A DNA stretch of 64,000 bases, taken from Gammaproteobacteria bacterium. GTDB lineage: Bacteria; Pseudomonadota; Gammaproteobacteria; Acidiferrobacterales; SPGG2. Location of the stretch: positions 773-64,772 of the forward strand of contig JAOTYM010000008.1 of assembly GCA_029861845.1 (NCBI GenBank), read 5' to 3'. Made by a program: the position numbers and the translations under genes. Below the pieces are notes generated by a model. That model made no database searches, was not told the DNA's origin, and saw only the letters and a list, made by a program, of their open reading frames with translations. This document shows, piece after piece, positions 9,437 to 17,508 of this stretch; the stretch's first letter is position 1; each line of letters opens with the position of its first letter.

Positions 9437-9562
9437 ATGACAGCGGTTAACATGCACTCCACCTTGACCTGCCCTGAATGCGGACACCAAAAGACTGAGA
9501 CCATGCCGACCGATTCTTGCTTGTTCTACTCCGAGTGTGAGCAATGCAAGACCTTGTTACGT
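9437..9562 (+). pseudogene. Small Cys-rich mer-associated protein, N-terminal fragment (GDCCVxC-family-like)
   Basis: MHSTLTCPECGHQKTETMPTDSCLFYSECEQCKTLLR resembles the first half of the small CxxC...CxxC proteins found in mer loci. The expected GDCC motif is absent and the frame runs into unrelated sequence. Confidence 0.45.
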
Positions 9563-9782
9563 GTCCCTCGTGAATATTCGTCCGAATACACTCTATTGCC
9601 TTTTTCCGAAGGCCCCGAGATATCTTTGCTACCGCACCGTGCCAAAAAGCTGGATCGGGGTCACCGCATCGGTCTTTGCCATTGTGCGGGTCAGACCGGC
9701 TTAATGAATCAGATGCGTCTCTATGACCCGGTATACGATAGCAAAAACCCGACCCAGTTGTTCGTAGGCGAAACCCCGGCCG

Positions 9783-11690
9783 TTATCGTTCGCGCGCGTG
9801 CAAGTTGCCGTGAAAATTCTGGACATACAGCCCGTCGAGGATTTGGACAGTGAGGTAGTGGTGGAACAAGATGTTGATCTGCCGTTTCCGTCGGCAGTCA
9901 AAGAACAATATCCTGAACCAAACGCGCAGAAGCAGGTAGATCCAGTAGTTGAAGATACCGGCTCGTCGGATGGCGACTTTGGACAGGTAGCGATCCAAGA
10001 GCCGATCGAGCGATGACGTTTCTCCGCGCCGGATCCAAAACGGCGGTGCGGCATACGGCCACTTTTTTCGGTCACAAATCGAAGCGGTTATCAGATCGCG
10101 AAAGGCTTTTCGCAACACATATTTCTCGACCCCATCGCGAACCTTCACGTTGTCGGGCATGCGGCGCGTCTTTTCGAACAGGTGATGGTCCAAGAACGGC
10201 GTGCGGCCTTCGATGGAATGCCCCATTTCCGCTCGGTCGCCCAACGTGCCCAGGATGTACGGCGCCAGTATCCCTTTGAATACGAAGTATTGGATGCGCC
10301 TCACCAAAGGCAGTTGATCGGTCTTATCCCGTTTCACGCGTCTGCGCAGCGCTTCAATTGCCGGTTGTGAACGTAGACGCACCGAATGTTTGGGATGAAG
10401 CATCGCCCGAAAGAGTTGTTGCACCCACGAGGACATGGTGAGCGCATGTTCTTCGATCGGTACAAAGCCCAGTGCTTCGATCAATCGCCGAGCCCGGCGG
10501 CCGATTGGCGCTTTACGAATCTTGGTTTTGTTGTACATCTGATCCGACATCGCGCCGCTCCCAGGTTGGAAGTATAAATACCCCAGGAACGTCTCGTCCG
10601 ACCCTTCGCCGGTCAACACGACTTTTACGTGTTCCGCCGCTAGGCGCGATAAGCAATATTTGCCGACTCCGTGAAAATTGAAAAACGGAAGCTCGCTCAC
10701 CCACAGCGCGTCTTCCGTGTTTTCCAAAAGCACGTCGTGTGTGCAGGTCACCGAGTGGAACTCCGCGCCAATCTTTTCCGCCATCTCTTTAGACAGCTCG
10801 TACTCATTAAATGCGTCGTCCTCCGGAAACTCGATGTTGAACACCTTGACCGGGCCGGCGTGATACTTGGCAACGGTCCCCGCGACTATTGCGGAGTCAA
10901 TGCCGCCGCTGAGGTACACGCCCACGGGCACATCCGCCCGGAGCCGCAGGCGCACGGCTTCATCGAACGCCTCACGCACCGCGGCGATATCGCGAGCATC
11001 ATCGACAGGGTCGGTTTCGGCGGGCAAGCCGAGGTCCCAGTACTCACGGACCGCGTGGTGTCCGGTGGTCAAATCCACTTCGAACGCGCATCCGGGTGGT
11101 ACCACCCGGATGCCCTCGAAGATCGAATCCGGCATCGCTCCGCTGAGGTAATCCCGGACCGCTACCACATCGATGGCCGGGGCATGGCGCCCCGTCGCGA
11201 AGATGGCCTTCGCTTCCGATGCGAACAGGTATTTGCCGCCGCCTTCATGAAGGTACAACGGCTTGATGCCGAACCGGTCGCGCAACGCGATGACCCGCCG
11301 CCGCACCTTATCGTACAGCACGAACGCGAACTCGCCCCGCAGATACTCGGTGAACCCAACGCCATGTTCTTCGTAGAGATGAATAATTACTTCTGAGTCG
11401 CTTTGCGTTGTGAAGGCGTGCCCTTGTGATTCGAGCTCTTCACGTATGCGTTCGAAATCGTAGATTTCACCGTTGCATACCAACACCACATTTTTGTCTT
11501 CCGAGAATAGCGGTTGCGCGCCGCCCTCTAGGTCGATAATTGAAAGCCGCGTGTGCCCCAGTCCTACACCACTTTCAGCGTCTACGTATGCGCCTGTGTC
11601 GTCGGGGCCCCGGTGGCGCAGCGACTCGACGGCGCCCAAGATTTGCGCTTCGTCCAGGTGATGATTCACCGATGCAAGAATGCCGCACAT
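9783..11690 (-). CDS. asnB: Asparagine synthase (glutamine-hydrolysing), AsnB family
   Basis: N-terminal nucleophile MCGI.., RHRGPDD, NGEIYDF, and the PP-loop-type SGGIDS in the synthetase domain. 635 aa. Confidence 0.9.
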   Translation of the reverse strand: MCGILASVNHHLDEAQILGAVESLRHRGPDDTGAYVDAESGVGLGHTRLSIIDLEGGAQPLFSEDKNVVLVCNGEIYDFERIREELESQGHAFTTQSDSEVIIHLYEEHGVGFTEYLRGEFAFVLYDKVRRRVIALRDRFGIKPLYLHEGGGKYLFASEAKAIFATGRHAPAIDVVAVRDYLSGAMPDSIFEGIRVVPPGCAFEVDLTTGHHAVREYWDLGLPAETDPVDDARDIAAVREAFDEAVRLRLRADVPVGVYLSGGIDSAIVAGTVAKYHAGPVKVFNIEFPEDDAFNEYELSKEMAEKIGAEFHSVTCTHDVLLENTEDALWVSELPFFNFHGVGKYCLSRLAAEHVKVVLTGEGSDETFLGYLYFQPGSGAMSDQMYNKTKIRKAPIGRRARRLIEALGFVPIEEHALTMSSWVQQLFRAMLHPKHSVRLRSQPAIEALRRRVKRDKTDQLPLVRRIQYFVFKGILAPYILGTLGDRAEMGHSIEGRTPFLDHHLFEKTRRMPDNVKVRDGVEKYVLRKAFRDLITASICDRKKWPYAAPPFWIRRGETSSLDRLLDRYLSKVAIRRAGIFNYWIYLLLRVWFRILFFDCRRKRQINILFHHYLTVQILDGLYVQNFHGNLHARER

Positions 11691-11774
11691 GTGGTTACCT
11701 TCGCGGGGAGTAGATTGGATGGCAAACTTGCGTTGCCACAGCCGGGAGAGTCTAACGCCCTGACGCGCGGACTT

Positions 11775-12026
11775 CTATCTCAACTCTTTCAGCGTGAACT
11801 TGAGTCCACGCGATTCGCCGGCGCGATCGGCATTCATTGTCATCGAATCGCCAATGAACGATCTCCAGATTTCGAAGTCAATATCGTTTGATGTGATTAC
11901 ACGCCGGCCGTTAAACGGTGTGATCATGTCGCGCGCCTTCAAGCCTGAGCGGTGTGCTGGAGCGTTTTCAAGGATCTCGGTGGCGTTGCAACCTTCCGTC
12001 GCAATAATCCCGAATTTCTGCAACAC
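11775..12026 (-). CDS. Small PDZ-domain protein (possibly a remnant of a larger protease gene)
   Basis: FGIIATEG..ATEILENAPAHRSGLKARDMITPFNGRRVITSNDID...MTMNADRAGESRGLKFTLKEL fits the PDZ pattern (G-x-G, sPA..aGL..GD.I..vNG..v). It has a non-ATG start, and a stop codon lies just upstream in the same frame. Confidence 0.45.
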   Translation of the reverse strand: MLQKFGIIATEGCNATEILENAPAHRSGLKARDMITPFNGRRVITSNDIDFEIWRSFIGDSMTMNADRAGESRGLKFTLKELR

Positions 12027-12134
12027 GTAAGGCTGTTACGCCGCAATATCGACCACCCGGTAACCGGCAACCAATACCAACGATTGCAATTTTCTCGTCA
12101 AGAAAGCACGCGTTAATACTGCTGGTCTGAATCT

Positions 12135-12461
12135 TTAGGTTTCCCCCAGACCGAGCACGAAGGTGCCCGCACGATGCCCAGAGGTCATAGCATCCAAATG
12201 CAGACGTTGAAGCATTTGTACCTTGAGGGTCCGGAACGGGTCGTCTGCCGCCGGCCAAGAGATTTTCACCTCGCCGACGCCCGACAAGAATTCTCGAAAA
12301 CTGAAATCTGGCAGGCCGTTTTGTGCGCAGGAGCCGCCGGGAGTCGGCCAAGTGCCGTCGTTCATCGTGGCCTCAGGTAAGGTCCGCTTGCGCATCAGAA
12401 AGCCGCCCCTTGCCCATCGTGCATCACAGCTCAGATTATCTATCGAAACACGGAAGACCAA
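12135..12461 (-). CDS. Hypothetical protein (weak call)
   Basis: The ORF starts 3 nt after the pentapeptide gene stop on the same strand. There are internal ATGs (MRKRTLPEATMNDGTWPTPGG..). I recognised no family. Confidence 0.25.
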   Translation of the reverse strand: MVFRVSIDNLSCDARWARGGFLMRKRTLPEATMNDGTWPTPGGSCAQNGLPDFSFREFLSGVGEVKISWPAADDPFRTLKVQMLQRLHLDAMTSGHRAGTFVLGLGET

Positions 12462-12463
12462 CC

Positions 12464-14116
12464 TTATTTTTGCCTCAGCTCATTCGCCTTCCGCTCCGCA
12501 GGCCCAATAACCAATTCGGACAGCACCTCGATTAGCTGCTGTTGACTTTCGTACTCATACAGCTCCAGCACCCACGGGTAGCGCTTGAAGTGCTCAAACA
12601 TGGCGTATTCCGCTTCACTTGCCATGATCAACGGCTGCACCGGCACCGAGGGCAAATCAGGCACGATACTTTGCAGCTCCTGTGGGATGCTTTTCGCGTC
12701 GGTGATGTCAGCGATTACAAAGCGGGCCATGTGGGCTAGAGTGGATATTGTCTCGGTGAGATCACGGGTTGCGGGTTTCTCGAAGTCGAAGAGAACCGGG
12801 CTGTAGTCGCGCTTTCGCAGCTCTTCCCGCAACGCATCGATGACCCTCTTTCGCTCCTCTGTGAAACGGCCAAGGATCAAAACCACTTTCGAGGTGATGG
12901 TGTCTATGACGTGCCGGATCTTTTCGTTTGCCAGTAGCAGGTAGATGAACTGTGCCACCTCAAGATTGTCCGTGGTGATTTCCGGTTCGCCTTCTGCTGT
13001 GATAACCAGATCCGACTGAATGGCTCCTTCTAAGCATACGTTCCAAGCAGAGACACCGTAAATGCGGCAACCCGTTAGATCCCCACCTTTCAGGATTGTT
13101 TCTGTCAGCGTAGCCCGTTCTAAACAGGCACCTTGTAGCTTCGCGTCTCTAAGGTTTGCAGCGCTTAAATCGGCTCTGCTGAGATCCGCTTTTATAAGAA
13201 TGGCGTGACTAAGATCGGCACCTCGGAGCCCCGCTTCAACGAGATTCGCATCGCTGAGGTCCCACCTAGCAAAGCTCTGGTGACCTTCTTCAGAGTTTAC
13301 AATCTCCCAGACGGCCCTCCCCTTGCTATCGATCTTCGTACTTGTATCTATCTGAGCACCGCGGAGCTCTGCCTGGTGAATACTTGATCCGGTGAGGTCT
13401 GCACCCTGAAGATTCGCACGCCGAAGATTTGCCGTTCTGAGCTGCGCGCCTCTGAGGCTTGCCTGCAATAGGTCTGCGCCGCGCAAATCCGCCTCATTCA
13501 AAATAGCCTCCGTGAGATCCGCTCCGACCAAATTTGCTTCACGCAAATCCGCTCCGCTCAAGTCCGCGTTTTTGAGGTTTGAGCGTAGATCTGCCTCGCG
13601 CAGGTCAGACTTCACTAGAATCGCGTGGTCTAGAAACGCTCCACTAAAGTCTACTTTGCTGAGCACTGCTCCACTCAAGTCCGCCTTGGAGAAAACCATA
13701 TCCCTGAAATTCGCTTCACTCAAGTCGATTTTTCTTAGGTCTCTCCCCTTAGCAGGGTGAGTAGAGACCTCCCATATGAGCCGGAACTTGGGCCCCATCT
13801 GAGTAGCGCTGTCTAATTGGGACCACTGAAGACGGGCCCCTGTCAAATCGGCGCCCAGTAGGTTCGCTCCACGAAGGTCCGCATCCCGAAAATACGCCCA
13901 GCGAAGGTCCGCACGTGTCAAATCCGCCCGGCGAAGGTCCGCATCTGTCAAATCCGCCCGGCGAAGATCTGCTTCGCGAAGGTCTGCCCCGCTGAGCTTG
14001 GCCTTACGTAGGCTCGCACCCCTCAGGTCAGGTTGACTGTTCGGATTCTGATCACGCCACCTATTCCAGGCAGCTACGTCGTCTCGCAGAAGTCTTGAAT
14101 GATCTTCATTTCCCAT
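12464..14116 (-). CDS. Pentapeptide-repeat protein with a non-repeat C-terminal alpha/beta domain
   Basis: Three blocks of A(D/N)LxX repeats are separated by two homologous linkers (..KFRLIWEVS.. and ..KGRAVWEIVN..). The last ~150 aa (VVLILGRFTEERKRVIDALREELRKRDYSPVLFDFEKPATRDLTETISTLAHMARFVIADITDAKSIPQELQSIVPDLPSVPVQPLI..) are not repeats. Confidence 0.85.
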   Translation of the reverse strand: MGNEDHSRLLRDDVAAWNRWRDQNPNSQPDLRGASLRKAKLSGADLREADLRRADLTDADLRRADLTRADLRWAYFRDADLRGANLLGADLTGARLQWSQLDSATQMGPKFRLIWEVSTHPAKGRDLRKIDLSEANFRDMVFSKADLSGAVLSKVDFSGAFLDHAILVKSDLREADLRSNLKNADLSGADLREANLVGADLTEAILNEADLRGADLLQASLRGAQLRTANLRRANLQGADLTGSSIHQAELRGAQIDTSTKIDSKGRAVWEIVNSEEGHQSFARWDLSDANLVEAGLRGADLSHAILIKADLSRADLSAANLRDAKLQGACLERATLTETILKGGDLTGCRIYGVSAWNVCLEGAIQSDLVITAEGEPEITTDNLEVAQFIYLLLANEKIRHVIDTITSKVVLILGRFTEERKRVIDALREELRKRDYSPVLFDFEKPATRDLTETISTLAHMARFVIADITDAKSIPQELQSIVPDLPSVPVQPLIMASEAEYAMFEHFKRYPWVLELYEYESQQQLIEVLSELVIGPAERKANELRQK

Positions 14117-14408
14117 TATTTAGTCGGCATTGTCAGACAACTAAGCAGCACTGCTCCAATTTTCGCAGCCGGCTTGTTCATCGCAACCTTTGCACCATCG
14201 GCGCATCATGTTCGCCTGAAATTATATGCCATCAGTAGGTTAGTTTCGCGCTTCCACCCCATACGCTCGCTGGCGATGAGATCATCTCTCCGATGACAGG
14301 TAGTGACAAAGCCAACTGCCAATCCGTGCATGGCTTTTACCGTTTTAGGCGCCGCGATCGTCAGCAGCGATAATAGCGAATCGATTCAGACGGTTTGCAA
14401 TCGTTTGA

Positions 14409-14594
14409 ATCGTTACCTTTCTCCTGTTCTTACTCTATGCGACTGGAGCCGTTGCCGATTCCCTCACCGGTAAGGTCGTCAAAATTGCGGATGGCGATAC
14501 CCTCTACGTGCTCGACGCCAATAATGAGCAATGCAAAATCCGTCTAGCCGGGATAGAAGAGCATGGCGGGGCTCCTGTTGTCGTTTTTATGTGA
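14409..14594 (+). pseudogene. Thermonuclease gene, N-terminal fragment (copy B)
   Basis: ..TFLLFLLYATGAVADSLTGKVVKIADGDTLYVLDANNEQCKIRLAGI is followed by unrelated residues and a stop. No start codon is in frame (TGA at 14406-14408). It is homologous to 16788-16890. Confidence 0.6.
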
Positions 14595-14605
14595 TGGCGG
14601 AGTAA

Positions 14606-15448
14606 TCAGCGGATTTCTAAGGTTACGGCAACCGGACAGTGATCGGATAGCTTTTTCTTCAGGCGCTCACTCTCCTCATATACGATCTCCTCGAAGCTAA
14701 AGGGTCTGATCCAGCGCCGGGAAGTCTTATCAAAGACGATGTGATCAATGAAGTGGGTGAACACCCCACCCCAACAGCCCTGCTGCCTACCCTCGGTGAT
14801 GCGATGCAAGTCTGCATTAAGCGGCTTCCCGTCATCAATCTCCGGCCAGAACTCATCACCTGGCACATCGAAGCGGCGATTGAAGTCACCTAGGACGATG
14901 AAGGGGATGCCTGCTTCTGCTCTGGCATCGATCCACCGCTCCAATGCGGGGAGCTGACGCTTGAGCTTCTTGCAGGCATTGGTATTGCTGTTAAGCGACT
15001 TCCCCCAGCAGCCTGACCTGAGATGCACCGACAGTAATCGGATCGCCTGACTCGCCACGGTGATGGTGATATCGGTGCCGTGGCGTAGGCCGCCGGTGAC
15101 ATTAAGCTCAACGAGATCTGGGTTTTGGATAACGCTTATGCCGTGGCGTACCGCAAAGCCGGTGCGAAGGGCGTCGGTGCGGTTCTCGATGAAAAGCTGA
15201 TAGCTGGTTGGCTTGAAGACCTTTCGGGCTGCCTGCAGGGTCTCTATTTCCTGAAACGCGATGACATCGGCATCCAGGATCTCTGCATACAGGGCGAGGC
15301 GTTCAAAGTCCGCCTGTTGTCTGGCATTGGGGCCTTCACCGATCCCATCTCGCAGGTGTTCGATGTTCCAGGTGGCGATCTTCAGGGTATCGGCGGCGGC
15401 AGCCGAGAAAATAAACAAGCTAGCTGCAAGGGCAACTGTTAGCCGCAT
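14606..15448 (-). CDS. Secreted endonuclease/exonuclease/phosphatase (EEP) family protein
   Basis: Signal peptide MRLTVALAASLFIFSAAAA, then LKIATWNIEHL, DVIAFQEIE, LGDFN and SDHCPV, which are the EEP catalytic motifs. Confidence 0.85.
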   Translation of the reverse strand: MRLTVALAASLFIFSAAAADTLKIATWNIEHLRDGIGEGPNARQQADFERLALYAEILDADVIAFQEIETLQAARKVFKPTSYQLFIENRTDALRTGFAVRHGISVIQNPDLVELNVTGGLRHGTDITITVASQAIRLLSVHLRSGCWGKSLNSNTNACKKLKRQLPALERWIDARAEAGIPFIVLGDFNRRFDVPGDEFWPEIDDGKPLNADLHRITEGRQQGCWGGVFTHFIDHIVFDKTSRRWIRPFSFEEIVYEESERLKKKLSDHCPVAVTLEIR

Positions 15449-15534
15449 CCATGCATTATGACAGTGCGGCAGGAATTGTGGCAGGCCCAGCTGCCGATGC
15501 TGTCTTAGGGAGCATCACGGTAGCAATCCGTGCT

Positions 15535-15560
15535 GGAAAGAAAAAGGCCCGCACGGGGCC
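15535..15560 (-). terminator. Candidate rho-independent terminator after the repeat-protein gene
   Basis: On the minus strand, GGCCC-(5 nt)-GGGCC is followed by TTTTTCTTTCC. The stem is short, so support is moderate. Confidence 0.45.
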
Positions 15561-15602
15561 GGCCTGGTTTAGGTATGCGGCTTCGATGAATCGCAGTTGA
15601 TC

Positions 15603-16463
15603 TCAATTGCTGGTGGTGCAGCCGGTTGTGAGAATGTCCGTGTCGCCGACCGACCAACCCTGGTCGCGCGCCTCGGTGCAACCGTGCCCACCGCTGATGC
15701 TGGCCCCTTCGCCGCTGGCGGTGTTATTCCAGCCCCCGCTAACGCTGGCATCCTGACCGCTGGCGGTGTTGCTTCTGCCCCCACTGATGCTGGCAAGATC
15801 GTTGTTAGCGATGTTGCCCTTACCCCCGCTGACGCTAGTACCGTTGGCGCTGGCGGTGTTGTTACTGCCGCCGCTGACGCTGGCAAAGTCGCCGGTGGCG
15901 ATGTTGTCACTCCCGCCGCTGATCGTCGCGGCCAGACCCACGGGCACTTCCTTTGGGGGACTGACGTTCGCGGTGGTGTTACCGGTGCCACCGAGGATCG
16001 CTGAGTGGTCAGAGCGGGCCGCGTTGCCGTTACCGCCGGTGACCGACGCATGCTCGCCGCTGATCGTATTTCCAAGACCCGCGACAAAGCCACCGAAGCT
16101 GGGGTAGCTGTGCTCAGGACCGACAATGAGGTTGTGGGATCCCGTTCGATCATTAGACAGCCCGAGGGTGTCCTCGTTGTAGCCTATAATGAGATTGCCC
16201 AGGCCGTTTACCAAATTGGTCACTTCGGCGGGATCGCCATTGCGGATGTGCACGTTAACCCCGTCGAAGAACACGTTCTTTCCATCCGCGCTCACGGTTA
16301 TGGCGCTGGTTAACACTTGAACGATCGCCTCCAGCGCCGCCACCCGCCCTTCAAGCTGTGCCACCCTACTTTGGGCGTGACCTGGATTGTGATCGGCCAA
16401 AGCCCCACCCGTCATCAGCACGAAGGGCAACGTGACAAGGATTCTCGTGAAATTCTTAACCAT
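15603..16463 (-). CDS. Secreted protein with N-terminal coiled coil and about 15-residue SGG-x-x-N-x-A-x-G repeats (YadA-head-like beta-roll)
   Basis: Signal peptide MVKNFTRILVTLPFVLMTGGALA, then heptad-like AQSRVAQLEGRVAALEAIVQVL. Repeats follow: ASVSGGSNNTASANG / TSVSGGKGNIANNDL / ASISGGRSNTASGQD / ASVSGGWNNTASGEG. There is matching 45-nt periodicity in the DNA at about 15650-15960. No membrane anchor domain. Confidence 0.7.
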   Translation of the reverse strand: MVKNFTRILVTLPFVLMTGGALADHNPGHAQSRVAQLEGRVAALEAIVQVLTSAITVSADGKNVFFDGVNVHIRNGDPAEVTNLVNGLGNLIIGYNEDTLGLSNDRTGSHNLIVGPEHSYPSFGGFVAGLGNTISGEHASVTGGNGNAARSDHSAILGGTGNTTANVSPPKEVPVGLAATISGGSDNIATGDFASVSGGSNNTASANGTSVSGGKGNIANNDLASISGGRSNTASGQDASVSGGWNNTASGEGASISGGHGCTEARDQGWSVGDTDILTTGCTTSN

Positions 16464-16731
16464 GACAACCTCTACTCGGCGATTAGCCGTTGGGATTAGG
16501 AATTCCATTTCGGGGAAGGAGAGGCGGGTACGGAGTTATCCCCCGTAGACGGCGCGGCCGTGGGGTTTCCTTAGTACTATTGCCTTCCACGCCGTCCTAA
16601 TGCGTTGGCAGTAACAACCTAAACACACTACTAGTACTTAGGGGTAGATAAATCAAGCCCCCGGCCGAACAGCACATACGCTGACGGTTGCATACAATGT
16701 GATTGAAACCAGGGATTCCCGGAATAAGGCA

Positions 16732-16959
16732 ATGACCGCCCGTGTAAGTACGCTTTTCTTCCTCGTATTTCTCTCCCCAGCAGCCTCTGCCGATACCCTC
16801 ACCGGCAAGGTCCTCAAGATTACGGATGGCGATACCCTCTACGTCCTCGATGCCAATTATGAACAACACAAAATCCGTTTAGCCGGGATTGATGCGCCCG
16901 AACGAAAGCAGGCTTATGGATTGGCTTCTCGGAAACACTCAGCTTCGATAGTGGCGGGC
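16732..16959 (+). pseudogene. Thermonuclease gene, N-terminal part (copy C), truncated by an IS30-family remnant
   Basis: MTARVSTLFFLVFLSPAASADTLTGKVLKITDGDTLYVLDANYEQHKIRLAGIDAPERKQAYGLASRKHSASIVAG is a signal peptide plus the first SNase strands. Homology ends at about 16959, where the antisense IS30 transposase sequence begins. Confidence 0.75.
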
Positions 16960-17212
16960 GGATCGAACGGCCGGCGACCACCCCTCTCGATATCTCTTCA
17001 CGGGCTGACAGCGACAGACAACGCCTCAAACGCTTGCGCTCTGGTGGTCGTATCCCACCGGTCTGCGACAGGATGTTCTGAATTGATGAATGACTGCGGC
17101 CGAAATAACGACCAATCTCGTTTAAAGACTCGCCTTTCTGCCAGCGATCCCACATCAATGCTTTATCGGCTTCGGTGTAGTAAATCCTCGTCGGGTAGCC
17201 CATCTGCAACAT
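16957..17212 (-). mobile_element. IS30-family transposase, N-terminal HTH fragment (about 85 aa)
   Basis: MGYPTRIYYTEADKALMWDRWQKGESLNEIGRYFGRSHSSIQNIL..RLRRCLSLSAREEISRGVVAGRSIR matches the two-HTH N-terminus of IS30 transposases. The catalytic DDE part is absent. The IS end upstream of 17212 is not delimited. Confidence 0.65.
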
Positions 17213-17508
17213 CCTCCTCTCCGGTGGTAGAGTTTAGGTGTTGCATCCACCCATTGAGCCCGCAACCCAATCCGGACTTTCGCATAAGTGCCGCAAAGCC
17301 GACATTCGTCGCACATTCTAGTTTATTGAGCCCTGATAGTGGTGTCCGTATTTGCTAGAATGACACTCACCGCCGAATTGTTACAACTTTCAGATTACAT
17401 GAAGAAAATCCCGAAAACCTACGCCAATTTCAATATTGATAAATGGGGCGATAACGTTCGTTCCATTATCTGTTAGATATCCAATATTAAGGTGAAAGAG
17501 TAAGCACC

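Noticed and set aside
9263-9853. 196-aa ORF spanning the merF overlap, the Cys-rich fragment and the asnB 3' end.
   Set aside because: It is a composite open frame. Only residues encoded by about 9437-9562 resemble a known small protein, and the rest overlaps other genes or is unrelated.
10671-11396. 241-aa plus-strand ORF inside the asnB region.
   Set aside because: It is antisense to a strongly supported AsnB gene and has no motifs. It is a typical GC-rich shadow ORF. The same reasoning applies to 3865..4500, 18789..19463, 48547..49188 and the many other antisense ORFs in the track.
12052-12099. Minus-strand peptide EKIAIVGIGCRLPGG, which resembles the start of a polyketide-synthase ketosynthase domain.
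   Set aside because: Only about 15 residues match and the frame terminates shortly afterwards. Nothing else PKS-like is nearby, so it may be chance or a tiny relic. That is not enough to call a feature.
12464-14116. Strong short-period DNA repetitiveness that could be mistaken for a CRISPR or tandem-repeat array.
   Set aside because: The periodicity is the 15-nt coding repeat of a continuous 550-aa pentapeptide-repeat ORF. There is no repeat/unique-spacer structure and no cas genes.
15569-16153. Several long overlapping ORFs on both strands (15569..16153 -, 15597..16004 +, 15766..16107 +, 16005..16313 +).
   Set aside because: They are shadow frames of the GC-rich repetitive gene 15603..16463. 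Their compositions are low-complexity (Ala/Pro/Thr/Val runs), and only one frame has a signal peptide plus a coherent repeat motif.
17399-17476. 25-codon ORF (MKKIPKTYANFNIDKWGDNVRSIIC) just upstream of the nitrilase, considered as a leader or precursor peptide.
   Set aside because: It has no RBS, no maturation genes nearby and no known leader motif. It cannot be distinguished from a chance ORF in AT-rich DNA.
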